From: Patescibacteria group bacterium
GTDB taxonomy: Bacteria > Patescibacteriota > Patescibacteriia > UM-FILTER-42-10
Assembly: GCA_041666845.1 (NCBI GenBank)
Contig: JBAYGC010000001.1
Location: forward strand, 28,864-92,863
Direction of reading: 5' to 3'
Length of the DNA stretch: 64,000 nucleotides
The stretch's first letter is position 1; each line of letters starts with the position of its first letter. Shown here piece by piece: positions 15,726 to 25,521 of this stretch. The position numbers and the translations under genes were made by a program. Under the pieces are notes generated by a model. It was not told the origin of the DNA, did not search any database, and worked only from the letters and a program-made list of their open reading frames with translations.

Positions 15726-15752
15726 TAAGTTTCGGCTTAAGCATTGTAAAAA

Positions 15753-15788
15753 CAGTAAAAGCTAATCGACTTTTGCTGTTTATTTTTG
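15753..15788 (+). terminator. Intrinsic terminator after the sigma/anti-sigma operon
   Basis: cagtaaaagc...cttttgctg + tttattttt. Confidence 0.5.
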
Positions 15789-15891
15789 GAGAAAATAATC
15801 TGGTATATTAGAGTGAAATAAATTACTGTTGGCCAGCGTAGTAGATGGTGAAAGGTCGAACATTTAAAACTAAAGAAAGGACAAACTAAGC

Positions 15892-16392
15892 ATGAAAAGA
15901 ATGCTTCTAACCGCCCTTGTATCGGCAGTAGCACTTGCTACAGTTGGTATCGGTTTCACAATGGCTCAAGGAATCGCATTGTCAGATAAACAAGTTGCTG
16001 TGACTGACACAGCAAATGCTGCAGATACCCCAACTGATGAAGTAGCGGATTGTGCTTCTGGCAGACATCTGGGCGCTGGTCCAGGCTTTGAGAAAATGCT
16101 CGACCAGAAAGCGGAAATGCTTAACCTGACTACAGATGAACTCCAGGCAAAGCTAGATGAAGGCAAGACTTTCATCGAAATAGCTGAAGAGCAGGGAGTG
16201 ACTTATACTGATATTCAAAATTACATGAATACCCAGTTTGAGGAAAACCTCCAGGCGCGCATAGACTCTGGATTCCTGACTCAGGAACAAGCAGACCAGC
16301 TCCGTGTGCAAAGAGACGAAAATAGCGGACAAATGTTTGGTATGGGATTGGGCGAGGGCTTGGGAATGCGTCATGGTGGGATGCATTTCTAA
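15892..16392 (+). CDS. Secreted hypothetical protein (166 aa) with a Gly/Met-rich C-terminus
   Basis: Signal peptide LLTALVSAVALATVGIGFTMAQG; AAAGG-type SD. Confidence 0.55.
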   Translation: MKRMLLTALVSAVALATVGIGFTMAQGIALSDKQVAVTDTANAADTPTDEVADCASGRHLGAGPGFEKMLDQKAEMLNLTTDELQAKLDEGKTFIEIAEEQGVTYTDIQNYMNTQFEENLQARIDSGFLTQEQADQLRVQRDENSGQMFGMGLGEGLGMRHGGMHF

Positions 16393-16419
16393 AATAGAAA
16401 TAGCTTGCCTGCGCACAAA

Positions 16420-16449
16420 AAGGCCGGTTGACCTACGCCGGTCTTTTTG
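16420..16449 (+). terminator. Intrinsic terminator
   Basis: aggccgg-N10-ccggtct + ttttgt. Confidence 0.45.
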
Positions 16450-16545
16450 TATTGCGGAATACTGGTTTTCCCGTTTATCGTCACTTTATTTATTTAAGGT
16501 TTTGTGTTAAAATAGCACAAGCAAAATAGACTAAAAATAAGTGAT

Positions 16546-17463
16546 ATGCCGCGAACAACAATCGAGCACCAGGGTTTGGAGTGGACAAATATTATCCAGC
16601 CGACTGAGGATGATACAACACATTTGAAGACCAAATATGGTTTTCATTATTTTGACTTGCGTGATTGTCTATCCGTCACCGAATCACCAAAACTGGATAT
16701 TTATGATAAATATCTGTTCATTGTTTTTCACTTTCCGGACTATGATCGGAAAGAAAAAAGAATGATTTATCGGAGGTTGAATGTATTTATCGGAGACGGG
16801 TTCTTAGTAACCCTACATAAAGGTGAATTTGACGCGGTGGAAGGTATGATGAACTATGTACAGGAAAATATCGAACCAAGAAACCAGTTTATGGGCAAGG
16901 GTTCCGGTTACTTATTATATAATCTAATCAACCCGATTTTTAAAAAAGCATTTCCGATGGTTGATAAAATCGGAGAAAATTTGAGGGGAATTGAGGAAGA
17001 TATTTACAGTGATAAGACGATTGACGTGGTGAAGGAACTGGCGATGGAACGTCGCAATATTCTTAATTTCAGAAGAATAATTGAACCGCAGAGGTTTTTG
17101 ATCGACACCATGGTGCATCTTAAGCGGGGGTTTTTAGGTACGGATTCCGATATTTATTTTGATGATATTCATGATCATATTGAAAGGATCTGGATGTTAT
17201 TGGAAAATTACCGGGAAATTGTGAGAGGACTCAGTGATACTAACGACGCGCTTATTTCCCACAAAATGAATGAAACAATGAAGATGCTGACTTTGATTTC
17301 CGTGTGTTTATTACCACTGACTTTAATTGCTAGCATTTATGGTATGAACGTAACGGGTTTACCGTTCGCAGAGAGTCCAGCGGCGGTGTGGGGCTTTTTT
17401 GTAATAATGGTTTCATTAATTGCCGGAACAGTTATTTATTTCAGGAAAAGAGGCTTAATTTAA
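16546..17463 (+). CDS. corA: CorA-family Mg2+/Co2+ transporter
   Basis: C-terminal YGMNVTGLP (GMN motif) followed by two TM helices; 305 aa. Extended -10 TGtTAAAAT at 16506-16514. Confidence 0.85.
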   Translation: MPRTTIEHQGLEWTNIIQPTEDDTTHLKTKYGFHYFDLRDCLSVTESPKLDIYDKYLFIVFHFPDYDRKEKRMIYRRLNVFIGDGFLVTLHKGEFDAVEGMMNYVQENIEPRNQFMGKGSGYLLYNLINPIFKKAFPMVDKIGENLRGIEEDIYSDKTIDVVKELAMERRNILNFRRIIEPQRFLIDTMVHLKRGFLGTDSDIYFDDIHDHIERIWMLLENYREIVRGLSDTNDALISHKMNETMKMLTLISVCLLPLTLIASIYGMNVTGLPFAESPAAVWGFFVIMVSLIAGTVIYFRKRGLI

Positions 17464-17481
17464 ATTAATAATTTCATCCCA

Positions 17482-17943
17482 GTGTTAAAGTCCTTAAAAC
17501 AGTTTGGTTATCCGTATGTCGTGTTTTTTTTGGTAGTTGGTTTATTGATGGGCTATAAGGAGTTAATTTCAACTCCGACTGTATCGGAAAAAGTCACGGT
17601 CCTTTCCGCAACTGTATCGGCTGATGATGAACCGGAAGTGATGCCTGAAGAGCTGGTAAGCGCTTATCAGGAGGATATTACATCCATCGTATCGGAGCTG
17701 GAATCAATTTTAGACCAGAAAAAGACGGATCCGGATAATTTGGCAATTACAAAAGAAATCAGCGGTATTGAACAGGAATTATTGAATAAAAAAGTTCCAG
17801 AAATATACCGGAATTTGCATTTGGATATTTTTAGTATCACACAATCAGTGAAGCAGTTCACCGCAAAGCAATCTGATCAGCCGGATGGCTCAGATATTCA
17901 GGCTAAAATCTTAACAATAAAAAATCAGTATGCTTGGTTTTAG
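17482..17943 (+). CDS. Membrane-anchored hypothetical protein
   Basis: N-terminal TM; no domain recognised. Confidence 0.45.
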   Translation: MLKSLKQFGYPYVVFFLVVGLLMGYKELISTPTVSEKVTVLSATVSADDEPEVMPEELVSAYQEDITSIVSELESILDQKKTDPDNLAITKEISGIEQELLNKKVPEIYRNLHLDIFSITQSVKQFTAKQSDQPDGSDIQAKILTIKNQYAWF

Positions 17944-19015
17944 CAAAATCAGCGTTCAAATAAAATATTTTTATATTATTTTTATTTTGTTAATTATTAT
18001 CCTGATAGGTGGGGGAATACTGGTTTTGATCAACCGGCAGGATAGCAGGCAGGTGCTTTCCTCACAAACGGATAATGCGGATAACATCCGGCCTTCCAAA
18101 AATGCGATTGCTTATATATCAGACCGTGACGGCAATGCTGAAATATATCTTCAAAATGCCGATGATCAAAAAATTCAACGGGTAACAGCAACAGAGGTGC
18201 CAGAGTTTAATCCGACTTTGTCTTTGGACGGCAGGAAACTGGCGTTTTTCTCCGAGGATGACGGTTTTTACGGAATCTGGATATATTCTCTGGAGAATTA
18301 TGAAAAAAACCTGTTAGCAATAACAAAAGCCGTCCCCAATAGATTACTATTTTCTCCGGACGGACTTCTACTGGCATATCTTGAGCGGGATAATAGCCAG
18401 AATCATTTGTATATTATTAATACAGTCAACGGCCATAAGGAGCGAGTTACTTCATCTGCATACGATTTTTCCTGGTCGGATGACAGTTCGTCGATTGTTT
18501 ATACGGAAAATTCTTCGTCAGGTATCGCAAAGACTGAAATAATTATCCGGACAATCGCTGAAGACGGAAAACTGGAAGACCCGAATACCATGTTTGTCGG
18601 CGGGGTAGGGCCGGTGTTTGTGTCGGGGAGTGAAAGGCTTTATTTTATTGATGCCAGCGGTGAATATATTAGTCTGGCGTCAATCAGTTTGCGTGGAGAA
18701 GGTTATTCGGAAGAGTTTCAGATTAAAATTCAGCCGAAAGATGGAATGCTATACCGACTGGTAAAGAGTCCGGTGGGGAATGAATTGTTGTTATCGATAT
18801 TTTCAGAAGAAAAACTTGCCGGAACTCTGTTTATTTCACTGGATGATAAAGTTGCGCTTCCAGTTAATTATAAAGTATCAGCAATTACCTGGGATAACAA
18901 CGGAAAAATTATGTTTGTGGAAAAAGATGATAATGAGGAAAATCAGGTCTGGCTGAAAAATGATTATGATGCCCAATCAGTTAAATTAACCAGTAAGCAT
19001 AATAATTGGTTTTAA
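17930..19015 (+). CDS. Membrane-anchored TolB-like / WD40-like beta-propeller repeat protein
   Basis: N-terminal TM; repeated ...SPDG..LAY/F... PD40-type motifs (AYISDRDGNAEIY, LSLDGRKLAFFSEDDG, FSPDGLLLAYLERD). Confidence 0.65.
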   Translation: MLGFSKISVQIKYFYIIFILLIIILIGGGILVLINRQDSRQVLSSQTDNADNIRPSKNAIAYISDRDGNAEIYLQNADDQKIQRVTATEVPEFNPTLSLDGRKLAFFSEDDGFYGIWIYSLENYEKNLLAITKAVPNRLLFSPDGLLLAYLERDNSQNHLYIINTVNGHKERVTSSAYDFSWSDDSSSIVYTENSSSGIAKTEIIIRTIAEDGKLEDPNTMFVGGVGPVFVSGSERLYFIDASGEYISLASISLRGEGYSEEFQIKIQPKDGMLYRLVKSPVGNELLLSIFSEEKLAGTLFISLDDKVALPVNYKVSAITWDNNGKIMFVEKDDNEENQVWLKNDYDAQSVKLTSKHNNWF

Positions 19016-19019
19016 TGGT

Positions 19020-19784
19020 ATGATAATCATACGCAGAATCAGTTCCATTTTTTCTTTACTAGCTGTTCTAGCTTTGTTTGAAATTTTAGTTTTTAATCCG
19101 AACTGGTTTTTATACATCATACTAATTCTGGAGGCGATAGTAGTCATTTCAATAATCGGTTTAGCCTGGAAAAAAATAGAATTAAAGGAAATATGGCAAT
19201 TTTTAATACCGCCGGTCTTTTTAATTGCCTCTGCCTATATTTTTATTTTTTTTGTCGAAGGTGTAATTTCAACGCAGTTGTTCATCTTCTTTGTGGTATT
19301 TTTGTACGGGGTTTTCATTGAGAATACTTTTTTATATTTGTATCAGCCGGTCAAATATCAGCCTTACGCCTTAGAAAATATTTCAGCATATGTTAACCTG
19401 GTATCCGTATTTTTTATGGGAGCTTCCTTTCACAGTAATATGGTATTTTTTGGAACATCCGGAGCGATGTCAGCACTCTTTGTATTAATCTTTACTTATG
19501 TATTAGTCATCCAGATGATTTGGATAAATAAGATTGTTTTAAAAGGTAATTATACAGTGGCTGGCATGCTAGCTTTGCTTGTCGCGGAAATATTCTGGGC
19601 AACGGTGTTTCTGCCTTCCAGTTATCTGGTTAACGGAATTATTATTGCGCTCAGTTATTATTTTCTGGTCGGCATATTCCGTTATTGGCTGCTCAAGAGC
19701 CTTGATCGTAAAGTGTTTAAACGATATATTATAATCAGTGTTTCGGTTTTTATTGTAGTCGCTTTATCCGCAAGATGGACATAA
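19020..19784 (+). CDS. Polytopic membrane protein, hypothetical
   Basis: About eight predicted hydrophobic helices. Confidence 0.5.
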   Translation: MIIIRRISSIFSLLAVLALFEILVFNPNWFLYIILILEAIVVISIIGLAWKKIELKEIWQFLIPPVFLIASAYIFIFFVEGVISTQLFIFFVVFLYGVFIENTFLYLYQPVKYQPYALENISAYVNLVSVFFMGASFHSNMVFFGTSGAMSALFVLIFTYVLVIQMIWINKIVLKGNYTVAGMLALLVAEIFWATVFLPSSYLVNGIIIALSYYFLVGIFRYWLLKSLDRKVFKRYIIISVSVFIVVALSARWT

Positions 19785-19812
19785 ATTTATAAAATAAGTC
19801 TTAAAAAAATAT

Positions 19813-21096
19813 ATGAAAACAAAACCAGTACCAACATCACCAAAGGTGCGAAACAAAAAAGATATAGTGGCAGATATCTACAAATCAGACGGGCAGACTT
19901 CTTTTGACAAACCGCGGATAAAACAGCACAACGGAGTGCTGATTCTAGTACTAGCGATTCTGTCCGGTTTTTTTGCAGGAATTTTCGGCGAGACCATTGT
20001 AAATGCCTTGGCGGTAGCATATCCTAATCTGCCAGTGATCAGCTCGCTGTATGTCAGAACGTATCCGAATGAAGGCAATGTTGTAATTGTAAAAAATGAA
20101 AAAACAATTGAAGCTCAGGAACTGCAAGTACTCAACACATTGAGTCAAATACAACCCGCTGTGGTCACGATATTTGAAAAGAAAGGTACCAACCCGGACA
20201 ACGCGGATCTATTGGATGATAATTACCAGTTTGGCAATGCGTTGGGTAATGCGCTAATTCTTACCAATGACGGACTGTTGGTGACGACAAATCAAATAAT
20301 AACTGATCTGGCAAAAGAATATGTGGCAGTGACGTCTGACCGGAAAATATATCTAGCTGAAAAGGTAATGTCGGATTCCGCGACGAATCTTATTTTCTTC
20401 AGGATTAGCACTACGGGTTTATCCATAGCAGAATTCATTAATCCTCAGGACTTGCATATCGGTCAGCAGGTGCTGGCTCTGTCCAATAAAGTAAATGGAA
20501 CTTATGAAAGTGAATCTTCAACAATCAGAGACTTACTCTACTACCCTGATCATGAACTTACTGATATTGTGTATTCCTCGGAAAAACTCAACGATCAGAT
20601 ACAAATAACAAATTCTCTGCCGGATGTTTTTCTGGGTGGGCCGCTCGTTACAAATGACGGAAAAGTAGTCGGGATCGCAACAGCTGACCAGAATAATATA
20701 ATAGATCAGATTCTGCCGGGCGAATATATTCAGAAGATAATTCCGGAAATTCTGACAAATAGTGCACCGGGCAGGGTATACTTTGGAACAAGGTATATTG
20801 ATTTAAGCCGGACCACCCAGCTCGATATCAATATTGTCGGTGAAAACACGGTCGGTGCATTATTATACGGAAACGATTCATTATCAATCACAGCAGTTGA
20901 GAACGGCAGTCCTGCGGAAATAGCGGGTTTAAAGAAAGACGACATTATTACAGCAATTGATGGAAAAGAGATATCAAAAACCGATAGTTTGTCGGAGCTT
21001 ATTCAAAATCATAAGGCGGGGGACAAAGTTGATATTCAGTACATCCGCTCGGGAGAGAAGTTGACATTATTGGGGGTGACGCTGGCGGAAAAATAA
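19813..21096 (+). CDS. HtrA/DegP-like trypsin-fold protein with a C-terminal PDZ domain and N-terminal membrane anchor. The catalytic triad appears substituted (H->Q, D->N, S->L), i.e. a pseudoprotease.
   Basis: Aligns to HtrA motifs: TNNHVV -> TTNQII; SDIALIQI -> ATNLIFFRI; GNSGGPLVN -> VFLGGPLVTNDGKVVGI. PDZ: ...SLSITAVENGSPAEIAGLKKDDIITAIDGKEI. Confidence 0.7.
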   Translation: MKTKPVPTSPKVRNKKDIVADIYKSDGQTSFDKPRIKQHNGVLILVLAILSGFFAGIFGETIVNALAVAYPNLPVISSLYVRTYPNEGNVVIVKNEKTIEAQELQVLNTLSQIQPAVVTIFEKKGTNPDNADLLDDNYQFGNALGNALILTNDGLLVTTNQIITDLAKEYVAVTSDRKIYLAEKVMSDSATNLIFFRISTTGLSIAEFINPQDLHIGQQVLALSNKVNGTYESESSTIRDLLYYPDHELTDIVYSSEKLNDQIQITNSLPDVFLGGPLVTNDGKVVGIATADQNNIIDQILPGEYIQKIIPEILTNSAPGRVYFGTRYIDLSRTTQLDINIVGENTVGALLYGNDSLSITAVENGSPAEIAGLKKDDIITAIDGKEISKTDSLSELIQNHKAGDKVDIQYIRSGEKLTLLGVTLAEK

Positions 21097-21098
21097 AT

Positions 21099-21563
21099 AT
21101 GAAGAAAATATATCACGCTATCAAAAACCACGAACAGATCAGAAGTCGCCCATATATTGCGCAATTTATTAAATTTGCAATTATCGGTACCGCTAACACA
21201 TTTGTTGACTTTGGCATTTACTTCGGTTTAACCCGTTCCTCGCAATTTTGGGAAACGCACTACTTGTGGGCAAACTTTATTGCTTTTGTTGTTGCTGCTT
21301 CTTCCAGTTATATATTCAACAAAAACTGGACTTTTAAGGATAAAAATAAAAGAATCCGAATTCAATATTCAAAATTCATACTGGTAAGCGCAGTCGGACT
21401 ATCATTGAACGAGACAATCCTTTACTTTTTGGTCACGAGGGTGGGGTTGCACGACCTAATATCAAAAGCAATGGCAATCAGCGTGGTATTGTTCTGGAAT
21501 TTCACAATTAACAAAATATGGACTTTTCGACCAGAAGTAACAGACCAAAACGGCGAGTTGTAA
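21099..21563 (+). CDS. gtrA: GtrA-family membrane protein (polyprenyl-phosphate-sugar flippase-associated)
   Basis: 154 aa, four TM; FIKFAIIGTANTFVDFGIYFGL signature. Confidence 0.7.
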   Translation: MKKIYHAIKNHEQIRSRPYIAQFIKFAIIGTANTFVDFGIYFGLTRSSQFWETHYLWANFIAFVVAASSSYIFNKNWTFKDKNKRIRIQYSKFILVSAVGLSLNETILYFLVTRVGLHDLISKAMAISVVLFWNFTINKIWTFRPEVTDQNGEL

Positions 21564-21600
21564 AATATTGAAGTTTAAGTTATAATCACGATGATCAGAA

Positions 21601-22341
21601 ATGAATAAAGTACCCATATTTAAAGCACTTTCCCTTGTAATTCCGGTTTATAACGAGGAAAAAAGAATTGCGAAATCACTGGCAATAATCATCAAGTACC
21701 TTGATCAGGTTTGTCAGGAATATGAGATTATCATTGTTGATGACGGGAGTAATGATCGGACTTTAGATGTAATAAGTGAACTGAGTACGGATCGTTTTCG
21801 GATAATAAAATTGGAGCAGAACAGGGGAAAAGGATACGCGGTAAAACAAGGCATGTTAGCGGCCAAATACGAGTATATTCTTTTTTCTGACTCGGATCTT
21901 TCAACACCGATTGAAGAAGTGGAAAAATTCGTACAATACACAAAAGATTTTGACGTGGTTATCGGTTCACGGGCAATGAAAGGTTCAAATATAGAAATTC
22001 ATCAGCCGAAGTTTAAGGAATTTTTAGGCAGAGTCGGAAACAAATTCATCCAGCTGATACTGCTCCCCGGGATTCAGGACACACAATGCGGATTTAAACT
22101 TTTTAACAAAAGAACTGTCGCAGTATTTGAAAATCAAACTATTGACCGGTGGGGGTTTGATTTTGAGGTTTTGTGGCTGGCCAAGCAGATGGGGTTCAAG
22201 ATTAAGGAGGTGCCGGTGCATTGGATCAACGATTTTGCCACAAAAGTTTCGGGATTTTCCAATTACGTGAGTACTTTCATGGAACTCATGAAAATAAAAT
22301 GGAACTCCATGACTAATAAATATAATATTCAAAAAAAATGA
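21601..22341 (+). CDS. GT2 glycosyltransferase, polyprenyl-phosphate sugar synthase type (DPM1/GtrB-like, soluble form)
   Basis: SLVIPVYNEE...IIIVDDGSNDRT...DSDLS motifs. Confidence 0.75.
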   Translation: MNKVPIFKALSLVIPVYNEEKRIAKSLAIIIKYLDQVCQEYEIIIVDDGSNDRTLDVISELSTDRFRIIKLEQNRGKGYAVKQGMLAAKYEYILFSDSDLSTPIEEVEKFVQYTKDFDVVIGSRAMKGSNIEIHQPKFKEFLGRVGNKFIQLILLPGIQDTQCGFKLFNKRTVAVFENQTIDRWGFDFEVLWLAKQMGFKIKEVPVHWINDFATKVSGFSNYVSTFMELMKIKWNSMTNKYNIQKK

Positions 22342-23360
22342 CTGAGACACCGATTTTTGACCAAGAGAATGTCCTAGTCTCCGGCGGGGCCGGGTTTATT
22401 GGATCGCATCTGTGCGATGAGCTGGTGAAAAAATACAAAGTCATTTGTATTGATAATTTTATTACCGGACAAGAACGCAATATTGACCACTTACTCGATC
22501 ATCCGAATTTTGAGTTTGTCCGCCATGACATTAATGAGCCAATAGATTTGGCCAAGTATCCGGGTTTGAAAAAATTCAAAGTGGAATTCCAGGGCATACA
22601 ACAGATATTTAATCTGGCCTGCCCGACTTCTCCGAAAGAATACAATAGAATCCCGATTGAAACACTTTTAACCAATTCGCACGGTACGCGCAACATGTTG
22701 GAACTGGCGGTAAAATATAAGGCTAAGTTTCTGCATGTTTCCAGTTCGTCAGTTTACGGCGAACCGCTGGAAAACGCCCCCTTTCAGGAAGATTACTGGG
22801 GCTTTATTAACCCGGTCGGACCCAGAAGTTGTTATAACGAGGGAAAAAGATTTGCTGAGAGCATGGTTACGAATTATAAGCGGGCGTATGAATTAGAGAC
22901 GAAAATTCTGCGTGTTTTTAATACTTTCGGTCCTCGAATGCGTATGGATGACGGCAGGATGATTCCTGATTTCGTTGTATCCGCGATCGAAAACAGGGAT
23001 ATTGAAATTTACGGCGATGAAAATGCCAACAGTACTTTTTGTTATATCAATGATTTGATCGAAGCAATAACCCGGGCAATGAAGGCGAGTTTCACCGGGA
23101 TACTGAATATCGGCAATCCGGAGGAGCATAGGATAGTTGATATAGCGAGCGAGATTATTAATATTACCGGGTCAAGTTCAAAAGTTGTATATAAGGAGGC
23201 ATTGCCCTTTACCTCCAAACAAGGGGTGCCTGATATAACATTAGCGAAAGCAAAACTAGGCTGGTTTCCGGTCGTACCATTGTCGAGTGGACTGAAGGAA
23301 ACTATCGAATATATGCGTGGGAGCAGTCATATTTTAAATTTTAATCCTAACAAACCTTAA
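22338..23360 (+). CDS. NAD-dependent epimerase/dehydratase, UDP-glucuronate decarboxylase (UXS)-like paralog
   Basis: [16 protein letters not shown]; YxxxK region; overall collinear with 24560-25495 but more diverged. Confidence 0.65.
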   Translation: MTETPIFDQENVLVSGGAGFIGSHLCDELVKKYKVICIDNFITGQERNIDHLLDHPNFEFVRHDINEPIDLAKYPGLKKFKVEFQGIQQIFNLACPTSPKEYNRIPIETLLTNSHGTRNMLELAVKYKAKFLHVSSSSVYGEPLENAPFQEDYWGFINPVGPRSCYNEGKRFAESMVTNYKRAYELETKILRVFNTFGPRMRMDDGRMIPDFVVSAIENRDIEIYGDENANSTFCYINDLIEAITRAMKASFTGILNIGNPEEHRIVDIASEIINITGSSSKVVYKEALPFTSKQGVPDITLAKAKLGWFPVVPLSSGLKETIEYMRGSSHILNFNPNKP

Positions 23361-23371
23361 CAAAATAAATA

Positions 23372-24553
23372 ATGTCTAAAACTGTAAAAAATAAGCGGAA
23401 TTATATTTTCACATCCGAATCAGTAACCGAAGGTCATCCGGATAAAGTCTGTGATCAGATTTCGGATGCTATTTTAGATGAATTATTAAAACAAGATAAA
23501 TTTTCGCACGCGGGAATCGAAACTTTTGCCACAACCGGACTAGTGGTGGTTGGTGGTGAAATCAGGACTAAAGGATACGTGGATGTTGCGGGAGTTGTGA
23601 GGAAAACCATCAAAGAAATCGGTTATGATGACCACGAAATCGGTTTTCATTGGGAGGATTGCGGTGTGATGGTAACAATTAACGAACAGAGCCCGGATAT
23701 CGCCCAGGGTGTGGATAGCGGAAAGGGCAAGTTCAAGGAACAGGGGGCGGGCGACCAGGGATTAATGTTCGGTTACGCTACCAATGAAACTAAGGACTAT
23801 ATGCCGCTGCCGATTGCGTTGGCGCATAAAATAACCCATCGGTTGGCTCAGGTAAGGAAAAACAAAACACTGCCATACCTAAGACCGGACGGTAAATCAG
23901 CCGTAGCCGTGGAATATCAGAACGGTAAACCAAAAAGAATTGATACGGTAATTGTAGCCACTAGCCATAACGAAAATGTATCATCCAAAAAAATTGAAAG
24001 AGATGTGATCAATAAAGTCATCAAGCCGGTCTGTGGTAAGTACATTGATGCTAAAACCAGATTTTTTGTGAATGCTACGGGGCGTTTCGTAAAATGCGGT
24101 CCTCCTGCTGATGCCGGACTCACTGGGAGAAAAATTATTGTTGATACTTACGGCGGACACGGTAGCCATGGTGGAGGAGCATTCTCCGGAAAAGATCCGT
24201 CAAAGGTTGACCGCTCCGCTTCCTATATGGCGCGTTATATTGCCAAAAACATTGTTGCGGCCGGACTGGCGGAAAAATGTGAAGTGCAACTCGCTTATGT
24301 CATCGGTTACGCCAAGCCGATCAGTGTTTTGGTGGATACCAAAGGTACCGGAAAAATTTCCGAGGAAAAAATTGTAGAGCTGGTGAAAAAGAATTTCCCA
24401 ATGACCCCGGCCGGTATTATCAATCATCTGAAACTGCTTAGACCGATCTACAAAAAGACCGCGGCCTACGGCCATTTCGGTAGGAGTGATAAAGATTTTA
24501 CCTGGGAGAAAACTGATAAAGTCGCAGTGCTGAAAAAAGCATTAAAGAAATAA
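23372..24553 (+). CDS. metK: S-adenosylmethionine synthetase
   Basis: [24 protein letters not shown]; [12 protein letters not shown]; full-length 393 aa. Confidence 0.9.
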   Translation: MSKTVKNKRNYIFTSESVTEGHPDKVCDQISDAILDELLKQDKFSHAGIETFATTGLVVVGGEIRTKGYVDVAGVVRKTIKEIGYDDHEIGFHWEDCGVMVTINEQSPDIAQGVDSGKGKFKEQGAGDQGLMFGYATNETKDYMPLPIALAHKITHRLAQVRKNKTLPYLRPDGKSAVAVEYQNGKPKRIDTVIVATSHNENVSSKKIERDVINKVIKPVCGKYIDAKTRFFVNATGRFVKCGPPADAGLTGRKIIVDTYGGHGSHGGGAFSGKDPSKVDRSASYMARYIAKNIVAAGLAEKCEVQLAYVIGYAKPISVLVDTKGTGKISEEKIVELVKKNFPMTPAGIINHLKLLRPIYKKTAAYGHFGRSDKDFTWEKTDKVAVLKKALKK

Positions 24554-24559
24554 TATAAT

Positions 24560-25495
24560 ATGGCCAAGATTCTAGTTACAGGCGGTGCGGGTTTTATCGG
24601 CTCGCATTTATGCGAGTACCTGCTCAACAAAGGGGATGAGGTTATTTGTATTGATAACTTTTTTACCGGTCAGAAAAAAAACATTCAACTCTTGCTTGCA
24701 AATAATAATTTTGAGCTGATCAGGCACGATATTACATTTCCTATTTTTTTGGAAGTGGATCAAATCTACAACCTGGCATGTCCGGCTTCTCCAATTCACT
24801 ATCAAAAAAATCCGGTTAAGACCATCAAACTTTCTACAGTCGGAATGGTGAACATGCTGGGAATGGCCAGAAGATGCAATGCGCGTATTCTACAGGCATC
24901 CACCTCTGAAGTGTATGGAGATCCCAAAGAACATCCGCAAAAAGAAGGGTATTGGGGTAATGTCAACCCAATCGGCCCGAGGAGCTGTTATGATGAAGGT
25001 AAAAGGGTCTCTGAGTCTCTGATGTACGCGTACAAACTACAAAATAAAGCGGATATCCGCATTGTCAGAATATTCAACACTTACGGACCGAAGATGGCCT
25101 TTAACGACGGCAGAGTAGTATCAAACTTCATCTTGCAGGCTTTACGCGGAGAGGATATTACAATCTATGGCAAGGGCGATCAGACCAGAAGTTTCTGTTT
25201 TGTGTCGGATATGGTTCGAGGCATTGTAACTATGATGAATACGGAGAATTTCGACGGACCGGTAAATCTCGGCAATCCGGTGGAAAGCACAATCCTGGAA
25301 CTGGCGGAAAAAATAATTAAAATGACGGGATCCAACTCCAAGATTATTTATGAAGATCTGCCACAGGACGATCCAGTTCGCAGAAAGCCGGATATTTCAT
25401 TAGCCAAGCAAAAATTAAATTGGACTCCGGAAGTCGGGATTGATGAAGGTTTAAATACAACGATTGAATGGTTTAAAAAAGAGTTAAATAAATAA
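24560..25495 (+). CDS. uxs: UDP-glucuronate decarboxylase (UDP-xylose synthase)
   Basis: [15 protein letters not shown]...[12 protein letters not shown]...[10 protein letters not shown]...[11 protein letters not shown], typical UXS. Confidence 0.8.
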   Translation: MAKILVTGGAGFIGSHLCEYLLNKGDEVICIDNFFTGQKKNIQLLLANNNFELIRHDITFPIFLEVDQIYNLACPASPIHYQKNPVKTIKLSTVGMVNMLGMARRCNARILQASTSEVYGDPKEHPQKEGYWGNVNPIGPRSCYDEGKRVSESLMYAYKLQNKADIRIVRIFNTYGPKMAFNDGRVVSNFILQALRGEDITIYGKGDQTRSFCFVSDMVRGIVTMMNTENFDGPVNLGNPVESTILELAEKIIKMTGSNSKIIYEDLPQDDPVRRKPDISLAKQKLNWTPEVGIDEGLNTTIEWFKKELNK

Positions 25496-25521
25496 CTGGA
25501 AATAATTAATACAAAGAGCAT

